Assembly: GCA_043818555.1 (NCBI GenBank)
Contig: JBDRFP010000002.1
Coordinates: forward strand, 16,774-80,773
Length of the DNA: 64,000 bases
Source: a bacterium
Lineage (GTDB): Bacteria > Patescibacteriota > Patescibacteriia > UBA9934
Direction of reading: 5' to 3'
The position numbers and the translations under genes were made by a program. The notes below the pieces were generated by a model that was given only the letters and a program-made list of their open reading frames with translations, did not search any database and was not told the origin of the DNA. Below, piece by piece: positions 37,756-46,643 of this stretch; positions within the stretch are counted from its first letter, which is position 1; each line of letters opens with the position of its first letter.

Positions 37756-38349
37756 TTAGATTAAACTTTGGTCTTTTAATTTTTGTGCGAGTTTCTTTCC
37801 TGCGCGGACGCGGTGAGAAAGCTCGGATTTTTTATCGTATCGTTCTGCAAGCGTGGCTCCAACATCTTCTGCCCAGAAAATCGTATCAAACGGCAGGCCC
37901 GGCTTGTACTCTGCAGTTCTAGCCTCAGTAATCCGACCATTTAGATGCCCCTCCACTGCAATCTTATTTCCGTCAGGATCTACATACACCATTGCTGTCG
38001 TAAACCTTGCTGTGCGTTTTTCAAGAGGCACTCCTTCAAGCTTTTCAAGGCACAAGTCGATCAACTCCTCGTCTTCAGCCTCGTAACCCGGCCATCTGCG
38101 AACCTTTAGCCCAGGCTCGCCATCCAGCGCGTCGATGAATAACCCAGTATCGTCCCCGATCGTCGGCAGTCCACTAGCCTCCATACCAGCGCGCGCCTTC
38201 TTGAGCGCATTACCCTCAAGCGTTTGCTGATCTTCGTCAACGTCAAGTTCGATACCCCGATCTTTAAGCGTGACCGTATCGATCCCACCGAGAATCTTCG
38301 AAATCTCCTCGGCTTTACCTTGATTGTTAGTGCAGACTAGAATTGGCAT
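37756..38349 (-). CDS. rdgB: dITP/XTP pyrophosphatase (Ham1/RdgB family)
   Basis: N-terminus MPILVCTNNQGK (compare ATGNPGK) and C-terminal FDTIFWAEDVGATLAE...KSELSHRVRA (RdgB SHR motif). Start set to the internal Met. Confidence 0.8.
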   Translation of the reverse strand: MPILVCTNNQGKAEEISKILGGIDTVTLKDRGIELDVDEDQQTLEGNALKKARAGMEASGLPTIGDDTGLFIDALDGEPGLKVRRWPGYEAEDEELIDLCLEKLEGVPLEKRTARFTTAMVYVDPDGNKIAVEGHLNGRITEARTAEYKPGLPFDTIFWAEDVGATLAERYDKKSELSHRVRAGKKLAQKLKDQSLI

Positions 38350-38359
38350 ACATGCATCT

Positions 38360-38448
38360 GTCATTGCGAGGAGCTCAGAAACTCGGCGACGAAGCAATCT
38401 AACGAGTAGATTGCTTCGCTAAACGACAAACGACCACTCGCAATGACG
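38360..38448. repeat. 89-bp nested-palindrome element, copy B, directly downstream of dnaK
   Basis: GTCATTGCGAGGAGCTCAGAAACTCGGCGACGAAGCAATCTAACGAGTAGATTGCTTCGCTAAACGACAAACGACCACTCGCAATGACG. Confidence 0.8.
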
Positions 38449-38456
38449 AATTAAAT

Positions 38457-40373
38457 TTATTTTTCGCTTTCCGATCCTTGATCATCAACATCCTTAAACT
38501 CAGCGTCTTTTACTTCAGGCTCGGCGTCGGCAGGTTGATCCCCAGTTTCTGACGCTTGAGCCCCAGTTGCCTGCTCTTGCTGGTACATTTTTGCCCCAAT
38601 CTTCTGAGCCTCTGTGGATAACTCATCAGACGCCTTTTTAATAGCATCGATATCGTCTCCGTCTTTAACAGCCTTCAAAGCATCGATCTTTTCGCCAATT
38701 ACTTTCTTTTCATCGTCAGCGATCTTTTCGCCATACTCACTCATCATTTTCTCAGTTGTGTAGACCATTGTATCAGCCACATTCCTAACTTCAATCTGCT
38801 CCTTTTTCTTTTTATCATCCTCAGCGTGAGTTTCCGCGTCAGCCTTCATCTTTTCGATCTCCTCGTCGCTAAGCCCTGACGAAGCTGTGATTGTAATCTT
38901 CTGCTCACGACCGGTCGCCTTGTCCGCAGCCTTTACGTTTAAGATTCCATTAGCGTCAATATCAAACGAAACTTCAACCTGCGGGATTCCTCGCGGCGCC
39001 GGTGGAATGCCGTCCAGCATAAACTGCCCGAGCAGTTTGTTGTCGACCGCCATCTGACGCTCGCCCTGGTAAACTTTAACATCTACCGAAGGTTGGTTGT
39101 CAGCAGCGGTTGAGAAAATTTGACTCTTGCTTGTTGGAATAGTGCTGTTTCGATCGATCAGCTTGGTGAACACACCGCCGAGCGTCTCAATGCCAAACGA
39201 CAACGGCGTAACATCGAGAAGTAAAATATCTTTCACATCGCCCTGCAAAACTCCAGCCTGAACAGCCGCGCCAAGCGCCACCACTTCGTCCGGGTTCACA
39301 CTAATGTTTGGTTTCTTGCCAAAGAACTCCTCAACTCGCTTTTGCACAATTGGCATGCGAGTCATCCCGCCGACCAGAACGATCTCTTCGATCGCGCTAG
39401 CGTCCAACTTGGCATCAGCCAAAGCCCTTTTAACTGGCTCTAGGGTTTTATCTACAAGTGGCGACACCAGCTCTTCAAGCTTTGAGCGCGTTAGTTTCAT
39501 AACAAGGTGCTTTGGACCTTCAGCGCCCTGAGTAATAAATGGCTGATTAATCTCGGTTTCTTGAGCTGTGGATAACTCGATTTTAGCTCGCTCAGCAGCA
39601 TCTTTCACGCGCTGCATGGCCAAAGAGTCGCCTGCCAAATCAACACCCTCCTGAGTCTTGAACTCTTGAATTATCCAGTCAATTATCACCTTGTCAAAGT
39701 CGTCACCGCCCAAATGAGTGTCGCCGTTGGTTGAAATAACCTCAACAGTTGAATCGGAAACATCGAGCACTGACACATCAAAAGTTCCGCCTCCTAGATC
39801 GTACACAAGAATCTGCTGGCCAACTTTTTTATCAAATCCGTATGCCAGCGCAGCCGCGGTCGGCTCGTTGATTATACGCGATACTTTCAAACCGGCAATC
39901 TCACCAGCGTCCTTAGTAGCCTGGCGCTGTGAGTCATCAAAGTAAGCCGGCACAGTAATCACCGCCTCAGTTACAGGCTCGCCAAGACGCTCTTCGGCAT
40001 CGGCCTTCATCTTTTGGAGAATCATTGCGCTCACTTCCTGCGGCGTATGCTCCTTATCTCCAATCTTCACTGCCACACCTTCGCCACGAGCAACAATTTC
40101 AAACGGCATCACTTTAACATCGTTTTGAATCTCATCGTCGGAAAACCTGCGTCCAATCAGGCGCTTAATCGAGTAAAGTGTGTTATTTGGATTTGTAACT
40201 GCCTGACGCTTTGCCGGCACGCCAACCAGGCGCTCGTTATTCTTTGTGATTGCCACCATTGACGGCGTGGTACGCGCGCCCTCCTTGTTTTCTAAAATTT
40301 TCGGCTGTCCACCCTCCATTACAGCCATTGCGGAATTGGTAGTTCCAAGGTCTATTCCTAGAATTTTTGACAT
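38457..40373 (-). CDS. dnaK: Chaperone protein DnaK (Hsp70)
   Basis: 638 aa. [18 protein letters not shown], Hsp70 signatures throughout. Confidence 0.95.
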   Translation of the reverse strand: MSKILGIDLGTTNSAMAVMEGGQPKILENKEGARTTPSMVAITKNNERLVGVPAKRQAVTNPNNTLYSIKRLIGRRFSDDEIQNDVKVMPFEIVARGEGVAVKIGDKEHTPQEVSAMILQKMKADAEERLGEPVTEAVITVPAYFDDSQRQATKDAGEIAGLKVSRIINEPTAAALAYGFDKKVGQQILVYDLGGGTFDVSVLDVSDSTVEVISTNGDTHLGGDDFDKVIIDWIIQEFKTQEGVDLAGDSLAMQRVKDAAERAKIELSTAQETEINQPFITQGAEGPKHLVMKLTRSKLEELVSPLVDKTLEPVKRALADAKLDASAIEEIVLVGGMTRMPIVQKRVEEFFGKKPNISVNPDEVVALGAAVQAGVLQGDVKDILLLDVTPLSFGIETLGGVFTKLIDRNSTIPTSKSQIFSTAADNQPSVDVKVYQGERQMAVDNKLLGQFMLDGIPPAPRGIPQVEVSFDIDANGILNVKAADKATGREQKITITASSGLSDEEIEKMKADAETHAEDDKKKKEQIEVRNVADTMVYTTEKMMSEYGEKIADDEKKVIGEKIDALKAVKDGDDIDAIKKASDELSTEAQKIGAKMYQQEQATGAQASETGDQPADAEPEVKDAEFKDVDDQGSESEK

Positions 40374-40384
40374 AATGTTTCAAT

Positions 40385-40465
40385 TACGAATGTTTATTTC
40401 CCAGCCTGCGGAGTTTTATTCCGGCTTGCCGAGTTTTATTCCTTAAAGCTTAGATTTATTGTCGA
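40385..40465. repeat. Four phased TTTATT(G/C) units (about 21-bp period) upstream of dnaK
   Basis: tgtttatttcc / agttttattcc / agttttattcc / gatttattgtc. Confidence 0.55.
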
Positions 40466-40490
40466 ATAGGTCGTATGGGTCCTATAGGTC

Positions 40491-41030
40491 CTATCCTGAC
40501 CCTTGATCTTCTGTGACCTGATTCACAATTACCATAGCTGGTCGCAAAACCCCCTTTCCAAGCGTCCAGCCTTTTTGCACAACTTCCAAAATCGCCCCAT
40601 CAGCAGCATCTTTTTCATTCCTCATACCAACCGCTTCATGCAAATTCGGATCAAATTTCCCTGTACTACTAATCTCATGCACTCTATGAAGTTCGAAAAC
40701 ATGTTCAAGTTGACTATGTGCACAAGCGACCCCCTTTAGCCAATTTTCGATCTCAGCTCGCTTGGCTTTGTCGAGCGCTGATAAATCCGGCTGATGACAC
40801 TCTGTCTGTTCCAAGGCATCCATTGCATTAAGTAGTTCAAGAAAAATATCAGATTCGTAACGATACAAAGATTTAAACACCCGGCTTTCAGTATCGCGCT
40901 TTAGGTTCTCATAGTCAGCCAACGCGCGCTTCCAGCCATCCAGATACTCTGCACACTTGGCCTCGAGTTCCTGATCGACTTCTACGCTTTCTATGTCTTC
41001 TACGTTTTTTACATCTTTCTTCTTACTCAT
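40491..41030 (-). CDS. grpE: Nucleotide exchange factor GrpE
   Basis: 179 aa. C-terminal GWTLGKGVLRPAMVIV is the GrpE signature. Overlaps the hrcA stop by 4 nt. Confidence 0.85.
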   Translation of the reverse strand: MSKKKDVKNVEDIESVEVDQELEAKCAEYLDGWKRALADYENLKRDTESRVFKSLYRYESDIFLELLNAMDALEQTECHQPDLSALDKAKRAEIENWLKGVACAHSQLEHVFELHRVHEISSTGKFDPNLHEAVGMRNEKDAADGAILEVVQKGWTLGKGVLRPAMVIVNQVTEDQGSG

Positions 41031-41728
41031 AATTCTTCATCTAATAACTTCTTAGCTTCGCGTAGCAACTTCATGTTTCTCCCATAATCCATACGAAGCG
41101 GGCCAACTAAGCCCATAATTCCTGTAAATCCTCCAGGCATTTTATATTTTACAAGCATCGTTGTCATTTGACTGCCAAACGGACTTTGCTCGCCGATCCA
41201 GACGCTAACATCTCTATCGACACGCTCAAAAACATCATTTAAAACATCGTCAAACTTGTCGATAATGCCAGAGAGCTCGCGCAAAGTGTCCACATTGCCA
41301 AACTCGGGCTTATCGAAAAGATTTGATATTCCAGTGTAATAATTTTGATTAGAGTCCATTGATGAAAACGCGGTTTCGCCTGAAAGCTCAACAAGACATT
41401 TGGCGATTTTGCGAACAATGTCGCGCGGGTCACCAACGTGCTGGCGAGCTTCTACGAGTGGAGCGCGCGGCCGCATCGATCCGGCTGGCTGCATAAACTG
41501 CTCAACATAAAGTCGAAAGCCTTCCTCGGTTGGCACGCGCCCGGCAGAAGTGTGCGGTTGGCGGAGCAGTCCGAAATCCTCGAGCGCAACCATTGTATTT
41601 CGTACCGTAGCCGATGAACACCCAAGGCTAAACTTGTTAACTAAAATTTGCGAAGCAACCGGCTGTGCTGTTTTTACATAATGCTCAATTATGGCTGAAA
41701 GTATTTGTGACTGTCTGTCGGAAAGCAT
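41027..41728 (-). CDS. hrcA: Heat-inducible transcription repressor HrcA
   Basis: N-terminal wHTH (LSDRQSQILSAIIEHYVKTAQPVASQIL). CIRCE operator upstream. Start set to the internal Met. Confidence 0.85.
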   Translation of the reverse strand: MLSDRQSQILSAIIEHYVKTAQPVASQILVNKFSLGCSSATVRNTMVALEDFGLLRQPHTSAGRVPTEEGFRLYVEQFMQPAGSMRPRAPLVEARQHVGDPRDIVRKIAKCLVELSGETAFSSMDSNQNYYTGISNLFDKPEFGNVDTLRELSGIIDKFDDVLNDVFERVDRDVSVWIGEQSPFGSQMTTMLVKYKMPGGFTGIMGLVGPLRMDYGRNMKLLREAKKLLDEEL

Positions 41729-41739
41729 AAGACAAATTT

Positions 41740-41850
41740 CCAATTCACAAGCACCCAATCCCCAATGAATTCCCAATGTCCAATCTCCAATTGGTCATTG
41801 GTAATTGGATATTCATTGTATATTGGCTAGTTGGTCATTGGACATTACTC
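41740..41850. repeat. CCAAT-box-rich element copy C (shares CCCAATGAAT(T/C)CCCAAT and CTTGTGAATTGG with the two T4CP-gene leaders), between CIRCE and the hrcA start
   Basis: caattcacaagcacccaatccccaatgaattcccaatgtccaatctccaattggtcattggtaattgg. Confidence 0.7.
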
Positions 41851-41855
41851 GATCG

Positions 41856-41882
41856 TTAGCAGTCAGTATTATAGACTGCTAA
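41856..41882. promoter_or_regulatory. CIRCE-like operator (TTAGCAGTC-N9-GACTGCTAA) upstream of hrcA-grpE-dnaK
   Basis: 9-bp inverted repeat with a 9-nt spacer, one-position variant of the consensus TTAGCACTC-N9-GAGTGCTAA. Confidence 0.8.
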
Positions 41883-42067
41883 GTTTGAACCGTCAAGTTT
41901 TTAGACCTACAGACTACAGATTTTTTTGGATTTACAGATCGAAAAACTCGTACTTCATTCTGTATATCTGTAAGCAATCAGTAGTCTGTAGGAAATAAAA
42001 AATCCCCTCAGCAATAAGCTTCGGGGACCAGACACTCTTCGTCAAGACTCCTAGAAAGAGGGATGCC

Positions 42068-42496
42068 CTATTCTTCGCCTTCATCCATAGGAGGAGGCAA
42101 AACCTTGGGCATACCTGGGACATTGTGCAAGAGCAACGGCCCACTTCGGCCATTGAAAACTTGCGAGTGGTGGCGCGGTAGAGTAACTCCGCGCGCTTGC
42201 CGGATCTCTCCAGCTAGAACCTTGAGCTTCAGCACCATGCACTCGTGCCGGGGGCTGAACTCTATGTACGCCTTCGCCGCGCGATCAACAAAGTACTGAT
42301 CACGGAAGAACCTGACCGTGAAGCCAAGCGATGCAAAATCCTCTTCATCAAAATTCTCCGTAGGTAATTTGAAGTTAAAGAAGACAACCAGACCTTCTTT
42401 CAGGTGCCGATACTGCACACCGATCAAGGGGCCAACGATTTCGACCGGGTTAACCCTGATTTCCTCAGGGCATGTTTCTTTTTGGATTGCGCACAT
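42068..42496 (-). CDS. Hypothetical protein (142 aa)
   Basis: ORF with moderately elevated GC. No motif recognised. Confidence 0.5.
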   Translation of the reverse strand: MCAIQKETCPEEIRVNPVEIVGPLIGVQYRHLKEGLVVFFNFKLPTENFDEEDFASLGFTVRFFRDQYFVDRAAKAYIEFSPRHECMVLKLKVLAGEIRQARGVTLPRHHSQVFNGRSGPLLLHNVPGMPKVLPPPMDEGEE

Positions 42497-42679
42497 GGCA
42501 ACCTCCTTCTGAAAAATGAACAGCTGATTAGACTACCATAAATATAGACTTTAGTCAAGTGTTGGCCATTTTCTTCAAACATACTTCGGTCCGGTCTGGC
42601 CACAAACGCCACGAATATAACAAAAAATACGAATTTCAATCAAAAAACATGAAAATCACGGTTTGTTGTAGATTTCTTG

Positions 42680-43528
42680 TTACGCTACCTTTTCGCTAGA
42701 CAAAGCCGCTTCTAACGCATACGCGCTTAGCTTAATGACATAGTCGCGGGCAGATTCTCCGGCATCGTAATTAATATTCACATTCGGATCAATAAACTCG
42801 TACAGCCCGTCAGCCCCTTTCCCAACATATCGCAGCGTTGCTCCCCCGCCTTCACCGACCATATCCTGCAGACGCTTGAATGCAGGATGCTCCGGATTGC
42901 CGGCAAAATCTTCCGCCACTCGCCTCATGGCCTCGGCGCTAAAATCCAATGACACATCTCCTTTCAAATCAAACCCGATCTCTGCAGGTTCCGGCTCAGC
43001 TTCCACTTCCGGCTGAGCGCCCTCCATTCCTAGCATTTGACGGATTTCAGCCTTAAGCTCGGCGACTTTTTCCCTGTCACCTGCAGTCCTTGCGGCATCA
43101 TACTCTGCTTTTATCTGGATCGCCCGCTGGGCTTCTGTTTGAGTTTCCCAGCCGCCGGCTTCCTGAGCCTCAACTTTGTGAGCAGGCATCTCAACCGGAC
43201 CAGCTCCGATCTTCTCACGATGCTCGCGCAAAATCCGCTGCACTTTTTCAAGGTCGGCATCCTGTTGCGACCCTGGCTGTGGAGGACTCTCTAATTCAGC
43301 CTCCTCGCCTCTATTAGCCCACAAGCCCCTAATCTCTTCTCGCAATTCAGACAGCTTTACTTCATCCCCGACTTGTTTAGCGGCCAAATACTCATCCCGA
43401 ATACGCAAAGCTTGCGCAGATTCTGGTTCGTATATATTTTCTACTTGCGGCTCTTCTCGTGTTTCTCGATGTTTCGCAGCCTGAGCCGCTTTGAGTTTTA
43501 GATATGTTGAATCGCTTGATCTTTCCAT
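42680..43528 (-). CDS. Hypothetical acidic protein with two internal repeats (282 aa)
   Basis: Repeat DEYLAAKQVGDEVKLSELREEIRGLW / AEYDAARTAGDREKVAELKAEIRQML. Confidence 0.55.
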   Translation of the reverse strand: MERSSDSTYLKLKAAQAAKHRETREEPQVENIYEPESAQALRIRDEYLAAKQVGDEVKLSELREEIRGLWANRGEEAELESPPQPGSQQDADLEKVQRILREHREKIGAGPVEMPAHKVEAQEAGGWETQTEAQRAIQIKAEYDAARTAGDREKVAELKAEIRQMLGMEGAQPEVEAEPEPAEIGFDLKGDVSLDFSAEAMRRVAEDFAGNPEHPAFKRLQDMVGEGGGATLRYVGKGADGLYEFIDPNVNINYDAGESARDYVIKLSAYALEAALSSEKVA

Positions 43529-43543
43529 ACAAAAATTATATTA

Positions 43544-45226
43544 TCACATGTCCCGAATCGCACCAAGCGCCTTTTTTTGACGCCTAGCAAGCGACTCCCA
43601 GGACGCTCGACGGAACTTTTTCTTTTGTAAGATGTCTGAAAATAACTCGCCTCCTAGCACGCTTGGAATAATCACAAAAGTCGCGCCCAACTCGTACATC
43701 TTTTCAATATCCTCTGCGCTCTTTACAGTCACCACGGTTGCCGCCTTGGATTTTTTAACTCTTAGATACTGCAAGATGTCACTACTGATTGCCGCGTCCG
43801 GAATAGTAGAAATTACTAGGTTTGATTTTTCAGCGCGCAGGAAGCTTAAAAAGTCATCGCTTGCTGCGTCGCCATAATGATGCGGGACCCCCCTCTCTTC
43901 CAAATCGTCGATCGCATCCGGGTCGAAATCGGCCACTACATAATCCTCGCCCAGCTTCTGGATTGACGGCAAAATTACCTCGCCCATCCTATGATAGCCA
44001 AACAAAATTATCTTTGGCGCCTTTCTGCGCTTTTTACCTTGCTTATCTTCGCCACGCTCAAGCCATGAAAACATCCAATGAATCTTGTCGTAAATTTGTT
44101 CATTGTAGCCAATGAGATATGTTGAAACCGCAATAGTAAACAGGCCGACAATAGCCGCCATGGTCATAATGCCTCCATTTGCGACTCCGGCCGCGATCGC
44201 GGCAGCAATAATAATAAACGAAAATTCGCTGACCTGCGCAAGGGCCGACCCTGTCAAAAACCCGGTTCGTGGGTGGTATCCAAACGCTCGCAGGATCAAA
44301 ATTACAATAATCGGATTGCCAACCAGAACAAAAATGCTAAACGCTATTGCCGGCACAATCATGTCGCCAAGTGATTCAAATGACAGGTTTGTGCCAAGCA
44401 CAATGAAGAAAATAATAAGGAAAAAGTCGCGTAGCGGGCGGATTTTAGAACCGATTTCGTGCTGGAAGCCGGTGCTGGCAAGCGAAATTCCTGCAAGTAG
44501 AGCGCCAATCTCAATGCCAAAGCCAATAAAATGAAGTGTGCTTGCGACTGCAAAACACCAGGTAAGAGCGGCAAGGAACAACAGCTCTGAAGATTTGGCC
44601 GCGTAGTGCATTAAGTGTGGCAGAATAAATCGACCAAGCGCCCACAAGATTCCTAATACGACTACGCCCTTTAGGATCGAAACAATGAATACGTCTGCCA
44701 CACTCATCCCGCCGGTGCCAAGCGCGCTAAGAGTCAAGAGCGCAAGCATGGCCGCAATGTCCTGGACAATTAGAATCCCAACTGTAATTCGGCCGTAGAA
44801 ACGGTCCAAATCTTCTTTATCGGAAAGCAGCTTGATTATTACGATTGTGCTTGAGAGCGCAAAGGCGATCGACAAAATCAAGCTGGTCCAAACATCAAAC
44901 CCGAGCCAGAAGGCCAGCAGCAATCCAAAGAGTGTTGTAAAAATAATCTGCCCAAGGCCGGCAAGAATTGAAATACGGCCAACATGGCGTACGCTGCGCC
45001 AATCAAGGTTAAGACCAACGAGGAACAGCAAGAAAGCAATGCCGATTTCCGCGAGCGCGTTGAAGATTTCAGGCGAGCGGGCCAGATCGAAAAGACTCGG
45101 GCCAACAAGTAGCCCGGTGATCATGTAAGCGATGATTAGCGGTTGCTTGAGACGAAAAATCACCAGCGCAACAAGGCCGGCTGTTACAATCACCGCCGCG
45201 ATTTCGAGGAAGAGAATGTCGAGCAT
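43544..45226 (-). CDS. Cation:proton antiporter (CPA2/Kef-type) with a C-terminal RCK/TrkA-N domain
   Basis: 12-13 TM helices, then a Rossmann-like segment (KIILFGYHRMGEVILPSIQKLGEDYVVADFD). Confidence 0.8.
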   Translation of the reverse strand: MLDILFLEIAAVIVTAGLVALVIFRLKQPLIIAYMITGLLVGPSLFDLARSPEIFNALAEIGIAFLLFLVGLNLDWRSVRHVGRISILAGLGQIIFTTLFGLLLAFWLGFDVWTSLILSIAFALSSTIVIIKLLSDKEDLDRFYGRITVGILIVQDIAAMLALLTLSALGTGGMSVADVFIVSILKGVVVLGILWALGRFILPHLMHYAAKSSELLFLAALTWCFAVASTLHFIGFGIEIGALLAGISLASTGFQHEIGSKIRPLRDFFLIIFFIVLGTNLSFESLGDMIVPAIAFSIFVLVGNPIIVILILRAFGYHPRTGFLTGSALAQVSEFSFIIIAAAIAAGVANGGIMTMAAIVGLFTIAVSTYLIGYNEQIYDKIHWMFSWLERGEDKQGKKRRKAPKIILFGYHRMGEVILPSIQKLGEDYVVADFDPDAIDDLEERGVPHHYGDAASDDFLSFLRAEKSNLVISTIPDAAISSDILQYLRVKKSKAATVVTVKSAEDIEKMYELGATFVIIPSVLGGELFSDILQKKKFRRASWESLARRQKKALGAIRDM

Positions 45227-45327
45227 GGGAGTTCGTTACAGACCTACAAACTGTACAGACTTACAGACTGATTGCGTATTTTTTGATTGTCGGTTCGTAG
45301 GTTCGTATAGTCTGTAGTTCTGTAACG

Positions 45328-45639
45328 TTACTTCGTTACTTTGTGTTCGTCGCCGCGTCGGAGCATGCGTTCGTACACAGATTCAGCAATTAGCTCCATG
45401 GCAATAAGTAGAAATGGTACGGTGAGGAGCATGTAAATTGTAGTGACGATTCTTGAAATTGGCGTTGTTGGTGCCAGGTCTCCAAAGCCGACCGTGGTCA
45501 TGGTTGAGATTGTAAAGTATAGGGCGTCAATAAAACTCCAACCTTCAAGATAAATAAAAACAATCGTACCAAATAAAATCAATACGATTGCGATACTTAT
45601 TAGCCCGCGAAGTCTTGGGTGAGCAATTGCACGTAACAT
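45328..45639 (-). CDS. Two-TM potassium channel (ion transport 2 family)
   Basis: Selectivity filter TTVGFGD between two TM helices. 103 aa. SD AGGAGGA. Confidence 0.8.
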   Translation of the reverse strand: MLRAIAHPRLRGLISIAIVLILFGTIVFIYLEGWSFIDALYFTISTMTTVGFGDLAPTTPISRIVTTIYMLLTVPFLLIAMELIAESVYERMLRRGDEHKVTK

Positions 45640-45808
45640 AAAATCCTCCTGGTTAATTGATGAGGATATTATATCACAGATTGCGGAGGAAGTACTAAGT
45701 AGTAAGTAGTAAGTAGGCGAGAGCTATAGGTCTTATAGGTCCTATGCGACCTATCCGACCCCGACGACTAGCCTCGCAGAGGCCCAGCTCCCCCGGATCC
45801 AATTCCGG

Positions 45809-45837
45809 GGGTTTTTCTTGACATAATGATGCAAATG
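45809..45837 (+). promoter_or_regulatory. Sigma70-type promoter of tRNA-Glu (TTGACA, 17 nt, TATCCT)
   Basis: TTGACAtaatgatgcaaatgcgaTATCCT, 28 nt upstream of the mature tRNA 5-prime end. A CCCCCGGATCCAATTCCGGGGG hairpin with a T-run precedes it. Confidence 0.55.
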
Positions 45838-45865
45838 CGATATCCTACTCCCACAAATCACAGAC

Positions 45866-45940
45866 GGCCCCATCGTCTAGTGGTTAGGACACATGGTTCT
45901 CATCCATGAAACCGGGGTTCGACTCCCCGTGGGGTCACCA
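45866..45940 (+). tRNA. tRNA-Glu (anticodon CUC), CCA encoded
   Basis: Cloverleaf: acceptor GGCCCCA/TGGGGTC (one G-U), D-arm TCGTCTAGTGGTTAGGACA (Glu-like), anticodon stem CATGG/CCATG with loop TTCTCAT, T-arm CGGGG-TTCGACT-CCCCG, then ACCA. Confidence 0.85.
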
Positions 45941-45950
45941 CAAAAGCGAG

Positions 45951-45973
45951 CCAGCTTCAGCTGGGTCGTTTTT
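45951..45973 (+). terminator. Rho-independent terminator after tRNA-Glu (CCAGCT-TC-AGCTGG followed by GTCGTTTTT)
   Basis: Palindromic stem and a T-run. Confidence 0.6.
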
Positions 45974-46094
45974 GTGATGTTCTGGAGTCGAGCCCCCGCT
46001 CGTAGGTTCGATAACCAAGCGAGTGAGCGGAGAGCTGAGTTTACTCAAGTTCTCCCGAGCGAGTGCAGGATATCTCGAGCGAAGCGAAGAGATT

Positions 46095-46113
46095 CCCCCT
46101 GGGGTCACCACAA
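46095..46113 (+). repeat. Direct repeat of the tRNA-Glu 3-prime end (CCCCCTGGGGTCACCACAA versus CCCCGTGGGGTCACCACAA), about 170 bp downstream
   Basis: 19/20 identity to 45924-45943. att-like scar or partial tRNA duplication. Confidence 0.6.
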
Positions 46114-46477
46114 GGTCCTCCAACTCAATGCTGGGGGATTTTGTGTTACCTTACAGCCTTAATCACTTTCGCGCGAAAGTATCTAAACTGCTTTCTCGCT
46201 TTCGTACGAAAGCGAGAAAAAGAAATGAGGTAATAAAATACCCCATAGTAGAACCTTGCGGTTCGCTACGGGGCCACACCGCCCGGGTGGGCGGCTGAGT
46301 TGATGGGGTCAGTCAGGGTCGCTAGGCTTATCCCAGCCTTCTCCCCACTCCTCCACCAGCTTTTTGAACATGCGATCTGATCGTTCAATCGCGACGTCCA
46401 ACTGCTTAAGTCTTGGACGCACGTAGAGCAGGTGGATCACGACGATTGTAATGCCACCGATCCCGCCTACTACAATC

Positions 46478-46612
46478 TTAACCCTCAGGGTTAAACCTTC
46501 AGGGTTAAACCTTCAGGGTTAAGAGTGTAATCTTGCTAAAATTAGCCAAGCCCATGCTTAAATGGTGGTCAAAATGTATTGTTAACCTTCAGGGTTAAAC
46601 CTTCAGGGTTAA
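46478..46612. repeat. Array of AACCTTCAGGGTTAA units (three tandem copies, a 53-bp unique insert, then two tandem copies) downstream of the HD-domain gene
   Basis: ccctcagggttaaaccttcagggttaaaccttcagggttaag...gttaaccttcagggttaaaccttcagggttaaaa. Confidence 0.8.
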
Positions 46613-46643
46613 AAATCCGCCCCGAGTTAACGGAGCGGATAGG

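Noticed and set aside
45980-46040. Second tRNA or tRNA fragment suggested by AGGTTCGATAACC
   Set aside because: Flanking sequence cannot form a T-stem or acceptor stem. Not a tRNA.
46300-46475. Roughly 55-codon minus-strand ORF (…KIVVGGIGGITIVVIHLLYVRPRLKQLDVAIERSDRMFKKLVEEWGEGWDKPSDPD)
   Set aside because: No ATG/GTG/TTG start with an SD in frame. Its 5-prime end runs into the AACCTTCAGGGTTAA repeats. Possibly real, but it cannot be supported.
46478-46612. Possible CRISPR array (repeat-unique-repeat layout)
   Set aside because: Units are only 15 bp and directly tandem, with a single unique insert. There is no regular repeat-spacer periodicity and no cas genes. It is treated as a REP-like array.
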